The position numbers and the translations under genes were made by a program. The notes beneath the pieces were generated by a model. That model made no database searches and had not been told where the DNA came from. It saw only the letters and a list, made by a program, of their open reading frames with translations. A stretch of DNA of 63,746 nucleotides, filler included, from Globobulimina sp. (Eukaryota): NCBI GenBank assembly GCA_003354225.1. It is 23 parts of 23 records of this genome, joined end to end, with 100 filler letters (N's around TTAATTAATTAA, not from the genome) between each part and the next. Parts side by side here need not be neighbours in the genome. Positions count along the whole stretch, not along the records: positions 36,100 to 38,775 come from PIVH01005406.1; positions 38,876 to 41,550 come from PIVH01005407.1; positions 41,651 to 44,325 come from PIVH01005408.1; positions 44,426 to 47,100 come from PIVH01005409.1; positions 47,201 to 49,875 come from PIVH01005410.1; 18 more parts are not named here. The stretch is one strand, 5' to 3'. Positions 36,100 through 47,473 of the stretch are shown in pieces (within the stretch, counting starts at the first letter, position 1; each line of letters starts with the position of its first letter).

Positions 36100-37700
36100 A
36101 AAATGAAATTTCTATCGTTCCAATAAAAAAATATAGCATAGTCAAATCTGGAGCCTTTCTTCGAGATCTCGACCAATACGCCAGATTGCGAAATGTTTGA
36201 GCATTCAAATTGGAGAGAAGATAATGCAGCCACTATTTATTAATATTTTAGCTGTACAGAATCAAAACTTTTCGTTTTATGCATACAAACAACGGAGATT
36301 TTATGGAATATCAAATTTTACATCCTGTGATACAATACCTTAAATAATGTGGATAATTGGCAATAGTTTGTATTTAATAATAATACAATAATATGTTTAA
36401 TTGAGATGGGAGTTTTTGAATGAATCTGTGTTTTGTTATTCCATTTTGAAATATTATTGGCAAGCATCGATTTACCAATCAAACAATACCGATATTTCAT
36501 GGCCTTTTCGCGAATAATATTCCATTCCGACACATCTAATGAATAGATATTATTATACAATATCTCTTGTTTTAGCCGTGTATATTTTGGAGAGACATAG
36601 TTTTTACGTAATTTATCACAAAGCCAATAAGTAAAATTATGATTATTACCATTATAATCACTCATAAACTTGCTATATTTAATGGTGTTATCCTGTTGTA
36701 CTGGAATATCAATATCGATATTTTCTTTCATTTCTTTTTTTTCTTTAATTTGTTTATCAAAATTATGTGATATAAAACAATGAAATGTGTCCAATAATTG
36801 CATTGCGACCACATCTGATGATTTTGTATATTTATAATAAATTTTATTTCTGTTATTTCTGTTTCTGTCGCGATTATTCCTAAAATATATATAACAGTAT
36901 TTATTATTATTGACACAAACTCCCAATTCATTGGTGAAATAATTAAAAAAATGCGTTTTGTTTTTATAGTAATGTGAAGTGACATGGTGGAAATCATTTA
37001 TTAATTGAATTGTATTATAAGTACCAAATCCAAATTGATGTTTTATAATTGACTCAATTGAAATATGTAAATGATAGTTACAATGTAATGACAAACACCA
37101 AATACGATAAAAATTTAAAATAAAAATTATTCGTTTAGTACACTGACAAAATTCCATACATATACAATTTATGATATTTAATGATTCCATTTCCATGCGT
37201 TTCACTGTGCGATCATAAATAACGGACTTCCATTTTTTTCTATATTTAGCTATATCTAAACTGAATTTTAACCAATTTTTAATAGTTAATATCCACTCAT
37301 TTCGATCATTCTCACTGTTTGCAATGAATTTATATTTATTATTATTATTTTGTCCGTCATCGCTGCCATTTTCAATGATAAATTCAAATTCGTTATTCTC
37401 GTTTTCCTCTTTTATATTTACAAATTGTCTTAAATCGATATCTTCCGTATGATATTTATAAAGTTGTTGTTTTTTATATGAATAGATATGATTTGGTTGG
37501 AACACAATCCATCTTTTTCTATATTGTTGAAGATATTTACTTTGTTTTTTTAGCCATCCTTCTTTAATGATCGGTTGATCAGTGTTCATCAAAGGGATGC
37601 TATCTTTTATATCTTCATGAGCCTCCAATAAATCATCTCGAGACTTGATTTTATTCAAATCTGGTTTTGCTGGTTTCGAGCTCGACGAACTATTGAACAT
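36100..37700 (-). CDS. PH-domain protein fused to a His/Cys module and the start of an ART-like domain; intron ~36233-36338; 3' partial
   Basis: The PH domain reads IIKEGWLKKQSKYLQQYRKRWIVF...YKFIANSENDRNEWILTI. It is followed by LINDFHHV, LLDTFHCFISH, YVSPKYTRLKQEIL and ISIKHIIVLLLNTNY. Confidence 0.8.
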
Positions 37701-37755
37701 GTTTCAAAAACATTAATTATAACTAGCTCAAGTACTAAATATTAACTAGCTCAAG

Positions 37756-38214
37756 TCATGTAAGTTGATCTCGAGCCATTTGATTTAACAATTGACAAAT
37801 CTGCGAGAATGAAGGCCGTTGCGTAGCATGTTGTGACCATGTTGAACTTAGTAATAATTTTAAATGATTTATGTTTGATACATAAAGCTGCCATTCCTTC
37901 CATTCATTATCGCTTATTTTTAGTCTTTTTGATTTTTTAATCATTAAAATCATATCAATTGGTTTAAATCCTTTGTATGGCAGTTTTGAAGTAATTAAAC
38001 AATAAACAATCATGCCGTAGGAATAAACATCGGTTGCAAAATCGCATGATATTAATGGATCTGGAACCGCATTGTTCATATTATCCATATTGTACATGTT
38101 AATTCCTTTTTTTTTCACTAATTTTAATAATATTTCTGGTGCTAAAAAAGCCGGCGTCCCGACATCTATCGTCCTCTCAATCTCTTCAAATCTTACATCA
38201 ATCGCATCATCTCC
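37756..38214 (-). CDS. C-lobe exon of a protein kinase (TKL-like); N-lobe not found on this contig
   Basis: VGTPAFLAPE, TDVYSYGMIVY..ITSKLPY and QRPSFSQI cover subdomains VIII-XI. A CAG splice acceptor precedes the exon. Confidence 0.8.
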   Translation of the reverse strand, partial: GDDAIDVRFEEIERTIDVGTPAFLAPEILLKLVKKKGINMYNMDNMNNAVPDPLISCDFATDVYSYGMIVYCLITSKLPYKGFKPIDMILMIKKSKRLKISDNEWKEWQLYVSNINHLKLLLSSTWSQHATQRPSFSQICQLLNQMARDQLT

Positions 38215-38370
38215 CTGTCCGTGACACAAATAAACAACAAATAAACAAAACTCATGCAAATAATAAACAAAATAACATAAATAAAGCAAATAATCAACAA
38301 AAGTCACAAATAAATAACAAAACACATAAAGAAAGCAAATCGTGACATAAATAACAACAAACAATAAAAA

Positions 38371-38577
38371 TTATAAATAAGTCTTGTTTTGTAAGACATA
38401 CGCACGGCATATCTTATGTTCGTTGGATAAAGATGCCGCATCCAAACGAGAGAAATAAAAATTATAAACACTGAATATTCGCTCCACGTCGGCGGTGGAG
38501 ATGCAAACCATTAATGTCCTAATAGCAATTTCTTGAGGTGATCCTTTTTTCCTTTGCTTAGAGTTTTTCCCTTTCAC
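38371..38577 (-). mobile_element. Relic of a hAT-superfamily transposase C-terminal dimerisation domain
   Basis: EIAIRTLMVCISTADVERIFSVY matches the hAT motif (L/I)AxxxLxxPxS(S/T)AxxERxFS. The rest of the transposase is absent. Confidence 0.65.
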
Positions 38578-38875
38578 TGAATATTTAATATTTGTGAGAA
38601 AAATTTTTTTTTGGTTTGCTTGCTTGCTTCAAACAATTAAAATGTAACAAAAAAAGTTTTTTTAGCATTGCTTGCTTGCTTCATTGGAAATATATCAAAT
38701 ATATTGCTGATATATAGAAAAAACTTTTTTTATCCCCCTGTGCCTAATAGCAATACTCGATAATATCGGCCAAATNNNNNNNNNNNNNNNNNNNNNNNNN
38801 NNNNNNNNNNNNNNNNNNNTTAATTAATTAANNNNNNNNNNNNNNNNNNNNNNNNNNNNNNNNNNNNNNNNNNNN

Positions 38876-39609
38876 GCGGCTGCGGACGGCGCCGGGCATC
38901 GGACGAGCGACCGTTGTGGGAGTTGGCTCGCGAGCTGGTACGAGGACCGTCGCCGGGAGACCTGAACCAGTCGCTGGAAAGCCGGGTTCTCGAAGAGCCA
39001 TTGCAAGGCGTATTCGACTGTCATGCAGCCCATCATAGCGGCGCTCTTTTGCAAGGCGTACATGGCTTTGTCTCTATGTATTTAATTTGTGTGTTTGTGC
39101 GGCACTGTGAGTGCAAGGATGGTTTTGTTTGTATTGGATGTTGTTTAGCAGTACCTGGTGAATCCCATTTCGATCAGAGGGTCGATTAAGACGTGGGGTA
39201 CGTTGTTGTTGTGGTTTGGAGAGAAGGAGTCCATGATTTGGGAGAGATTGTTATGGAGAGGCTGTGTGGAAGAGTTATTTGTGGAGTTATGTTGTATTAA
39301 ATTAGTGCCCGCTAACATGGATTGTGGGGGGTTTTCATTGTCGAAATGCTGCAAAGAGGCCAGTGTTAAACTGGAAGGGGGTTCGGGCGCGGGGTCGCGG
39401 TTTTGGATGATGGTGTGATGTGTGTTGGCATCTGCTGGGTAGTCAGTGGTATCGATGTGGTTTTGCAATGAGTCATTGTCACAGAAATCGTTATCATCGA
39501 GCGTTGCTTGCTTAGATTCGTGTTGTGGATTATAGTTTGCGTTGACTTTAATGTCATCTATAAGTGAATTGGTATTGTTGTTAACCTCAGAATCTGGCAG
39601 CTGTGCCAT
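38876..39609 (-). CDS. UBA-domain protein (N-terminal part), intron ~39064-39153
   Basis: LIDPLIEMGFTR|YALQKS...TVEYALQWLFEN contains the UBA MGF motif and terminal helix. Confidence 0.75.
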
Positions 39610-39682
39610 AATGGAAGGTATGGGAATTTTCACTCAAAGTTTTCACTACCTTTTAGATGGCATATTTTTCAAATACCGCGTA

Positions 39683-41533
39683 TCAGTCAATCAGATTTGC
39701 AGACCGTCCAAACTTTATGCGCTTATAAGTCATATTGAACTCAACACAGCGCAATGTCAAAGCATTCCAATCCTTTTTATTTTTCACAAAATGCCTATGC
39801 ATTCCAGCCGAGATGCCATGTCCATATAAGCCATCAAAGTCCATTTCCGTGGCAAACCTTTTTGCAATTAAATATCTGGGCAAATGAACGCCAGGTAGCA
39901 ATGCAATAAATTTGTTCAGGTAACAATCTTCATTTAGTTGCTGGAACTCTTTTAATTGTTTGTTTCTTGGATATGTTTGCAACAAATTCACCATAATACG
40001 CTTGCTACGCAAACTCAATCCGCCATTTCCTACCCTTCCATTGAATTCTTTGTCTTTTACTTTCCACGGCGCGCCGACATAATCATAGTGCAGAAAATCT
40101 TCAATTTTATATTTTGAATTACTGCATAAAACACTGTCTGTCTGAAACAGTAATATTTTCTCATATTTTATACTTTGCCAAAATTCCATATTTTCATAAT
40201 ATTGCAGTACGTTGTCCTTATAAAATTTGTTTAAATCCTCCAAAATTATTTTTTCTGTCTTGAAATATGGCGATAAATACGGATGATTTTGCCATAACGT
40301 TTTCGTTTCGTTAGTTACAAACAATTGGAATTGCCAACTTTGATGTAAATTGATCATGAAATTTAATACGATTTTAACCATATCATCATCGAACCTGTTA
40401 TCACAAAGCACTGCGGATTTGTCAAAACGTTGAAAATCCCTTTTCCGAGAAATTAAATCCTTATTTTTGTCCAAGTCGCGTTTGATTACAATCAAAATAT
40501 CATCAATGGATGTCTCGTGTATATATTTTTGTGCATTTGCAAGAAAAAAACAATTAAATTTCTGCATTTTATGACTATTCAACATCATGTTTATATTATT
40601 ATTATTATCATTATTATCATTGTTTAATTGTAATATATGTCGCATTTTATTTTGCAAATATTGTGAGGAAAATATATGTTTGGATCCGATAGCAAACGTT
40701 TCTCCGTATAAATGTTGGTAAAAAGGGGAGATTGCGAGGTATGGCATTATGTCATTAAAGTATAATATATGCAATTCATTATTGAATATATTGAGATTAA
40801 TATTGTTATCTTCGATGATTTGATGCATTAATAAAGCGACAATATGATTGGAACTAAATTGTGAATCATTTGCAATTGGAATGTATACGTTATTTAATGG
40901 GAATATTATATAATTTAATTTAGAATAAATAAGATATGATTGGATCATTTGTATATCATTCATCTCATTCAAACAGTTTGTAATCAATATAAAACATGTA
41001 ATATTTATTTTATTTGCATATTCAATTAATTCAAAAGTTGATTTTAAGTCAATATTATTATAACAATTTATAAAACAATAAATATAATCAAATGTATGCA
41101 CATCATACCGATATTGATGCTCTTTGTTTGTATGAAAAGGAGCATGGATTAAATTGTTATTTGCATTGTAGAGATCTTTTGCTTTTCCTACAAATTCATC
41201 AGAGTCTATCACCCAAAAAGATGCTGCTCTTTGTAATGTTTTTGTAATTGTTTGTAATCCTAATTTTGCAGAACAAAACTCAGCAAACATATTTGTAAAT
41301 GCCTTGTTACCAACAATTAATGCCAACTCATTCGAATGTGTCATTGTATGTGATTGTAAATTTACTGCTCCATATTTCTGATTACATTGATATTGCAACA
41401 CTTTGTTGAAGGCATCATCCGTATTATTGTTATTAAAAGGAAAGTAATACAATAGAAATAAGAATGTGAGTGATATCCATATCAATGGCAATATCCATAA
41501 ACATGTCAAATATGTCTTATTGGTTGTGGACAT
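39683..41533 (-). CDS. Type II membrane protein with a C-terminal DUF5672 (glycosyltransferase-like) domain
   Basis: N-terminal TM, then EFWQSI..EKILLFQTDSVLC, DFLHYDYVGAPW, VGNGGLSLRSK, NEDCY and AKRFATE. Confidence 0.85.
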   Translation of the reverse strand: MSTTNKTYLTCLWILPLIWISLTFLFLLYYFPFNNNNTDDAFNKVLQYQCNQKYGAVNLQSHTMTHSNELALIVGNKAFTNMFAEFCSAKLGLQTITKTLQRAASFWVIDSDEFVGKAKDLYNANNNLIHAPFHTNKEHQYRYDVHTFDYIYCFINCYNNIDLKSTFELIEYANKINITCFILITNCLNEMNDIQMIQSYLIYSKLNYIIFPLNNVYIPIANDSQFSSNHIVALLMHQIIEDNNINLNIFNNELHILYFNDIMPYLAISPFYQHLYGETFAIGSKHIFSSQYLQNKMRHILQLNNDNNDNNNNINMMLNSHKMQKFNCFFLANAQKYIHETSIDDILIVIKRDLDKNKDLISRKRDFQRFDKSAVLCDNRFDDDMVKIVLNFMINLHQSWQFQLFVTNETKTLWQNHPYLSPYFKTEKIILEDLNKFYKDNVLQYYENMEFWQSIKYEKILLFQTDSVLCSNSKYKIEDFLHYDYVGAPWKVKDKEFNGRVGNGGLSLRSKRIMVNLLQTYPRNKQLKEFQQLNEDCYLNKFIALLPGVHLPRYLIAKRFATEMDFDGLYGHGISAGMHRHFVKNKKDWNALTLRCVEFNMTYKRIKFGRSANLID

Positions 41534-41650
41534 GTCTTGCAGTATTATTANNNNNNNNNNNNNNNNNNNNNNNNNNNNNNNNNNNNNNNNNNNNTTAATT
41601 AATTAANNNNNNNNNNNNNNNNNNNNNNNNNNNNNNNNNNNNNNNNNNNN

Positions 41651-41888
41651 CATTGTTGCCAGTGAGTTTTACATCGAATCTGTTTTCCATCCATAACGGC
41701 AATGATGCAAATACATAGATCATAGACACTATGGCTTCACTCAAAACAATTAGAGGATATCTCTTGGTCACGATAATCAAATGCTGGATTGATTTAAATC
41801 GATAATAGCCAAATACTTGTACAAATCCCAAAATATAACAAAGCACCACCAGGATAATCCATATTTCAAATACAAATGCTTGCAACAT
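41651..41888 (-). CDS. N-terminus of a multi-TM protein paralogous to the adjacent 7TM-RGS gene (3' partial)
   Basis: A TM helix is followed by YRFKSIQHLIIVTKRYPLIVLSEAI. This aligns with YKLKQHWNSQFIIKRRKWLILLEFV of the neighbouring gene. Confidence 0.6.
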
Positions 41889-41971
41889 GAGCACCAACGT
41901 TTTTGTGAAAACCTGAGTATAAAAATCTAGCCGTTTCTAAGAGATTGGCGCACATATTTGACAGCAACAAA

Positions 41972-43411
41972 ATGACACATATACGGGATAAACAGGAAGT
42001 GATACAAACTTTTGGCATGGTTTATTTCTTTGTATTATTAGTATTTGCTATTCCAATGTGTTTATTATGTGGATATAAATTAAAACAACATTGGAATTCG
42101 CAATTCATTATCAAACGCAGGAAATGGTTAATTTTATTGGAATTCGTAGTATTTATTTGGCACTCATTTTGTGAGTTTCCTTTCTTTGTTATATTTATCT
42201 CTTTTAATCTCCCAATGAAATTATTTTCATTGTTTGGGGTTATTTACGTAATTTCGGTTTTCATGCGATGTCTAACTGCATCATTATTCCCATTAAGAAT
42301 TTATTTATTATATTTTGACCATCAATATGAAAGAATATTGTCTGAATCCAAATGGCAAATATTAATTGACCCATCCATTGAATGGACAAACTGGTTTCTC
42401 ACAAACAGACGACATAAATTTGGAAATGCGTCATATTTGATGAAATGGGTTTTGTTTCCAGCTGTTTTGCTGTATTTCACCCTGTTTTGCAGTGTGCTAT
42501 TTACGACTGCAAATTATAATTCTTTATTAAATGATAAAACAGCATTATTCTTTACAGCCATTTGGTGCATTATTTTGGTGGTTGTTGGTGCTTATTATTG
42601 GAGAAAATATCCAAAGCTTCTCGACGAATGGGATATTCGAACAGAAATTGGTTTAAGTATCAAGATATTGTCTGCCTTCCCTGTTATGCTGATGTTGGGT
42701 ATTATACTGTTAATAGTTGGTGTTATTCATGCTTCCGTCTCACTTTTATTGATGTTTATATCATTGGAGCTATGTGTGGTCGGTGTATTTTATTTGTTGG
42801 TTCCATATACAGCAAAAAAACAAAAGAATCAAGCTGAAGTTGACAGTGTTTCTGCATACTCTGCAGATAAAAATGGACACATATCGAGTTGGAAGGATAC
42901 AATTAAAATAAATGATGGGTATCAACAATTTGCTTGTTTTTTAGAAAGTGAATTTGCAGTTGAAAATATTTTATTTATTACGGAATATGTGCAATTAAAA
43001 AGTGTGTTGATGGAGAAAGAATGTTTGAAACATATTATTGAAAATAAATTGAATTTAAGATATGAAATAAGCATTGCTCAATCTGCAGATGTTCCAATGA
43101 GCATTATTGCCAAACAATTGTCTGAATTCATTCATAATGAACATATTAAGAAACCGTTTATTGCAGCAACTCAAAAATTGGTCAACAAATATACCGATCA
43201 TAGAGCACCGTTGGAGGTTAATCTTGCTTCAAAAATAAGAAGTGAATTAATAAATGTGTTTCAAACTGTTGATCAGTCAGAGGATTCCGATGAAACTGTA
43301 ATTCAAATGATTTTACCATTATTGGAGGAATCTGTTATTCACATTTCGTATTTGATCAATGATTCTCATATACGGTTTAAAAGGACATCGGTCTTTGCTC
43401 AATTAATATAG
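41972..43411 (+). CDS. 7TM-RGS protein (multi-pass N-terminal domain plus C-terminal regulator of G-protein signalling domain)
   Basis: About 7 hydrophobic helices and DEWDIRTEI, then RGS motifs GYQQFACFLESEFAVENILFITEY, KY..RAPLEVNLASKIR and LINDSHIRFKRT. Confidence 0.88.
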   Translation: MTHIRDKQEVIQTFGMVYFFVLLVFAIPMCLLCGYKLKQHWNSQFIIKRRKWLILLEFVVFIWHSFCEFPFFVIFISFNLPMKLFSLFGVIYVISVFMRCLTASLFPLRIYLLYFDHQYERILSESKWQILIDPSIEWTNWFLTNRRHKFGNASYLMKWVLFPAVLLYFTLFCSVLFTTANYNSLLNDKTALFFTAIWCIILVVVGAYYWRKYPKLLDEWDIRTEIGLSIKILSAFPVMLMLGIILLIVGVIHASVSLLLMFISLELCVVGVFYLLVPYTAKKQKNQAEVDSVSAYSADKNGHISSWKDTIKINDGYQQFACFLESEFAVENILFITEYVQLKSVLMEKECLKHIIENKLNLRYEISIAQSADVPMSIIAKQLSEFIHNEHIKKPFIAATQKLVNKYTDHRAPLEVNLASKIRSELINVFQTVDQSEDSDETVIQMILPLLEESVIHISYLINDSHIRFKRTSVFAQLI

Positions 43412-43541
43412 CAAACGGATGGAGCATATACATGGCATTTATCTGTACAAAATAAGTTTGTTTTTTAATTTTAAGTCTGATCATGGCTTCGTTATGTCTT
43501 GTTTTTTGTTGTTTGATTAAAAATCATTGTAATATCACCAA

Positions 43542-44325
43542 CTAATTCACGAATCCGATAACTTCACATTTATTATAATTTGTCGATATTCCGTACTTAT
43601 TCCAATCCTTCCGATTCACCAAATTATTATCAGCATCATAAGCTTCTGTCACACAAATATCGACATTAATTATCACCGGATTATTTTTATCCATATTTGC
43701 AGTGTTTATGACCAAATGTTTAGCTCTTCTTGCTCCCATATCATATACCCATTGACTCTTAATTTTAATGACATCATTCTTCACTTTCCATACAACGGTA
43801 TTGCCCTTTTTAGGAACATTCCGTCGCTCTGTTTTACAATATCTCAGCCTCACAGTTTTTATTTCATATCCTTTTCTGTTTCCAATTATATTTGTTGCAT
43901 ATTTTAATCTCACTGTAATATACGACACATTGATTGGCAATGACAATAATCGCAAAAAAACACAAAATCCGTCAAGCCGCACTGTCCCAATCAGAATCCA
44001 ATAACATTTGTTTCCAAACTTGGAGCTAAATACATTTCTTTGCTGGTAAACATTTTGTATCATCCATTTACATTTTACATTAATTGGCATTAAACCAATT
44101 GGATTTAATTCGCAGTACCTATAATTTGTATATTTTCTGTATTCAATTCTTATTAATTTAGCAAATAACTTTATTTGTGTCAGTTGATCTATAAAAGTAT
44201 TATTTGTTATATCGTTTTTGACACATACTGGCAATGCAGATTCTTTCTGGTCATGTTTTTTATGAAACCGTGCAATGTCAATATCCAATAACTTATTATT
44301 CTAGTATGTGATTTCATAATATAAC
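43542..44325 (-). CDS. Uncharacterised protein with a possible MATH/TRAF-like beta-sandwich (5' partial)
   Basis: The pattern VKCKWMIQN...FSSKF...FCVFLRLLSLPINVSYITV...VIINVDI is similar to the MATH-like region of 50278-52650. Confidence 0.5.
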
Positions 44326-44611
44326 NNNNNNNNNNNNNNNNNNNNNNNNNNNNNNNNNNNNNNNNNNNNTTAATTAATTAANNNNNNNNNNNNNNNNNNN
44401 NNNNNNNNNNNNNNNNNNNNNNNNNCATTTAGCAAAATCAATCACAGTTTGCTTTGAATGGAAAAAAAATGAATCAAAAAAACCAATCAACCAAAAAAAT
44501 AAATTTAAAACAATAAATAAATGCTAAATAAAATTTAATATATTACATTATACTCAATAACAAAAACTAATTCATCACAAAATAACAAAACAACAGTTTA
44601 TAAAACATCTA

Positions 44612-47100
44612 TTATACCATGGCACTTTGCGGTATAATATGTTGCGATGGTTTATACGGTTCGATCCCCCCTTCAATCGCAGCTCTCGTATCGCAACTTA
44701 ATTGTTGTCGATGTCCAACACCGATATTAATATCTTGTATATCATCAATATCATCTTCCTCTTCTTTGGTATTATTGATCTCTTCTTCTTTATCACCATT
44801 TATCTCCTGATAATCGTCAAATGTTTCTTGAATAATATTCAATGAAGAAATGGAATTCGACCTTTTTTTCTCGCGTTGTACCGCAGCATCGGCAGCCTCG
44901 ATACCATCACTTACCAATTTATTCTGCTCCTTTTTACTTTCAATTTTCCCCTTTTTCAATTTTTTAAATTGTTGATCAATTTGCTGTGCACGGTGCACCG
45001 TATTAAAGTAAGTCATATCGCGTAAATATTCATGTCGCGTTTTATAACTTGAATACGTCGGCGTCGATGACGTGTTTCCTGGGCCAGTCATCCTGCGAAT
45101 ATACTGTTGTTTTGGTGTTTCATTGTCATCTCCGACGCCATTCGTTAAATTATATAAAGTGATATTGCTGCAATCCCAGACACCATTCGTTACATTCACG
45201 GAGGACCGTCTCTGTGTTCATTTGTTTTATTATGTTATCGCCACACATAAATATACAAATTAACTGAGATGGAATCGGCAGTGAACGTGGGCGAACATAG
45301 CCTATTTTCATTTTGATTCGCTTTTATTTTATTACTTTCAGTATGGTTTTGCTGTGGGATTTGTATTAATTGCACATCATCCTCGGTCACGTCATGAGTA
45401 TGCACACTATCTTCCAAATTATTTTCCATACCAATCGAGTGAGTATCTTCCCCGTCGGATGAGGCGGATTTCTCTTCTTCGGAACTATCAAAAGTATGCA
45501 TCATCAGTGCGAATTTGGGCAACATCGGCTCAGATAATGTCTGTTGATGATGATGGATATTTATTACATAGTTCTTTCTTTTTAAATTGCCGATATTATT
45601 AATTATATTCACCTCTTTAATATTATCGTCAAATGTTAATTGTTCGCGGGAAGCACGGCGTTTATTATGTTTCCGCAACGATTGCACCGTTAAACTTAAC
45701 CGTTTGTCCACGTTTTCAACATCATTATTTTCAGTGTTTGTATCATTTACAATCTCGTCACAAAACTTAAAAGCATCCTCCATTATATTGGCACCAGCTT
45801 CCTTTGGAATTGGTGTCGCGATATCCGACATCGCATCGGTTGGCGGCAATAACTGTTTTTCATCCTAAATATATACCAATATACAGAAACAATATTATTA
45901 TTTTGCAAAAAAAAGTATTTTATCTCAGAAAAAAGTATTATAATTTATAACCTCATTATTTTCAACTTCTGCTAATTTCTCCTCAGGCGATGAAGCTATT
46001 GAATGTGTCACCAGATTTTCAAGGACATCGGCGGTGCTATGCACCGTGGCAGCGGTGGTGTTGTTGTCTATCAATCGCGGCAAATCATCGTCATTTGTAC
46101 CGGTGTCGTTGGATGATTCCGATGAATTATCTGTTAATTGGCGCATCGTGTCGGTATTCATGAGATCATTAATATTGCCAATACTGATCTCATTATCGAT
46201 TATCTCGATTTCTTGTGCAATATTAATTTGGTTTAATTTGTTTTTTTTTAAATCCGCCAATAATTGTTTCAATTGAACTGAATCCTGATTGGCTACGTGT
46301 TGTATCCTATTATTTATATTCATGGATTCTCGCATATCAAAATTCATTGCCGATTTTGGACGAGTATGTCCCGGCGATGACACCTGTAAAAAAATCATAT
46401 TTTCCCTTAATTCAAAATCCACCAAAATAATTTTTCAGTTTGAAACCCAAAAAAATACACAATTTTCAGTTTCAAACTAAATATCATAACAAAAGTCCGA
46501 AACGAAAACGATCGTTTCTACAGAAAATATTTTAAGTTCAAGTCATATCGCAAAATAAAAAAAAGTTCAAGTCCGAATCTATAGTAAATACCGAGATGGC
46601 CAAAGACGATAAGTCTCGATTTTTATCAGCCGAGCCACCGACACTGGTCATCTTAACATAGCGATTGGAGTCATTCCAATGGTTTAGCGGTGCGTGCGTA
46701 TACATGGAGGATGAGGGATGATGGCCGGTGCCAGCCCTGCTCCGCTGTGTATTCATAGTCTGGTCAGATTTTTGTGAGTTTTCAGGTGATAATATGGTGG
46801 GTACTTTGGGTAATTCATTGCCTGCAATTTTAACGTTAACCGAAATTGTTTTGGGCGCTTCTGCTGTTTTTGTGTCTGGTAATTCACACAATTTCTGTTG
46901 GGTTTGGGTCTCTAATTTGGCATTGTCTGCCTCTTCGAGTGGACGCGGTGTGTCTTCATTATTTATGACCACCGTCGTGTGTGAAATGGCAGGCGATATG
47001 GGGGCCACATGCGGGGATTGTGAGACTTTATTGGCAGTGGATGATATTTTTAAGGTATCGTTGGGATTTAATACATTTGGACTGGGCGGCTCCGGCGTTC
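44612..47100 (-). CDS. Spliced, largely disordered protein of unknown function (5' partial)
   Basis: Four consecutive same-strand ORFs (46538-47008, 45925-46425, 45235-45849, 44612-45199) are separated by AT-rich intron-like gaps with AG acceptors. Confidence 0.65.
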
Positions 47101-47473
47101 NNNNNNNNNNNNNNNNNNNNNNNNNNNNNNNNNNNNNNNNNNNNTTAATTAATTAANNNNNNNNNNNNNNNNNNNNNNNNNNNNNNNNNNNNNNNNNNNN
47201 ATGAATTAAATGAAATGAAAAGAAATTATTTTGTTGAGTATGAAATTAATCAATCTACACTCAATATTACTATTTCGAAAACATAATTTGCAGCATCTTG
47301 TAGTTTCTGTTTTTAGTGTTTTAAATCTTTAAAATTATTTTTTCCATCAACAATCAATACATTCAGTTTTTATGCAAACTCAAAACAAAGTAATAACTTC
47401 CACCATATCCATAATTCCATGCATGATTTTCCGCATCTACACCCTTCAAAACATAAAGTTTTTTTTTATGTAA

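Noticed and set aside
37756-38364. ORF-track protein with a very hydrophobic N-terminus fused to a kinase
   Set aside because: The F/V/Y/L-rich part is the translation of a low-complexity T-rich intronic tract ending in a CAG acceptor, not a real TM domain.
44655-44675. GGTTCGATCCC resembling a tRNA T-loop
   Set aside because: It lies inside a coding exon, with no acceptor stem or cloverleaf around it.
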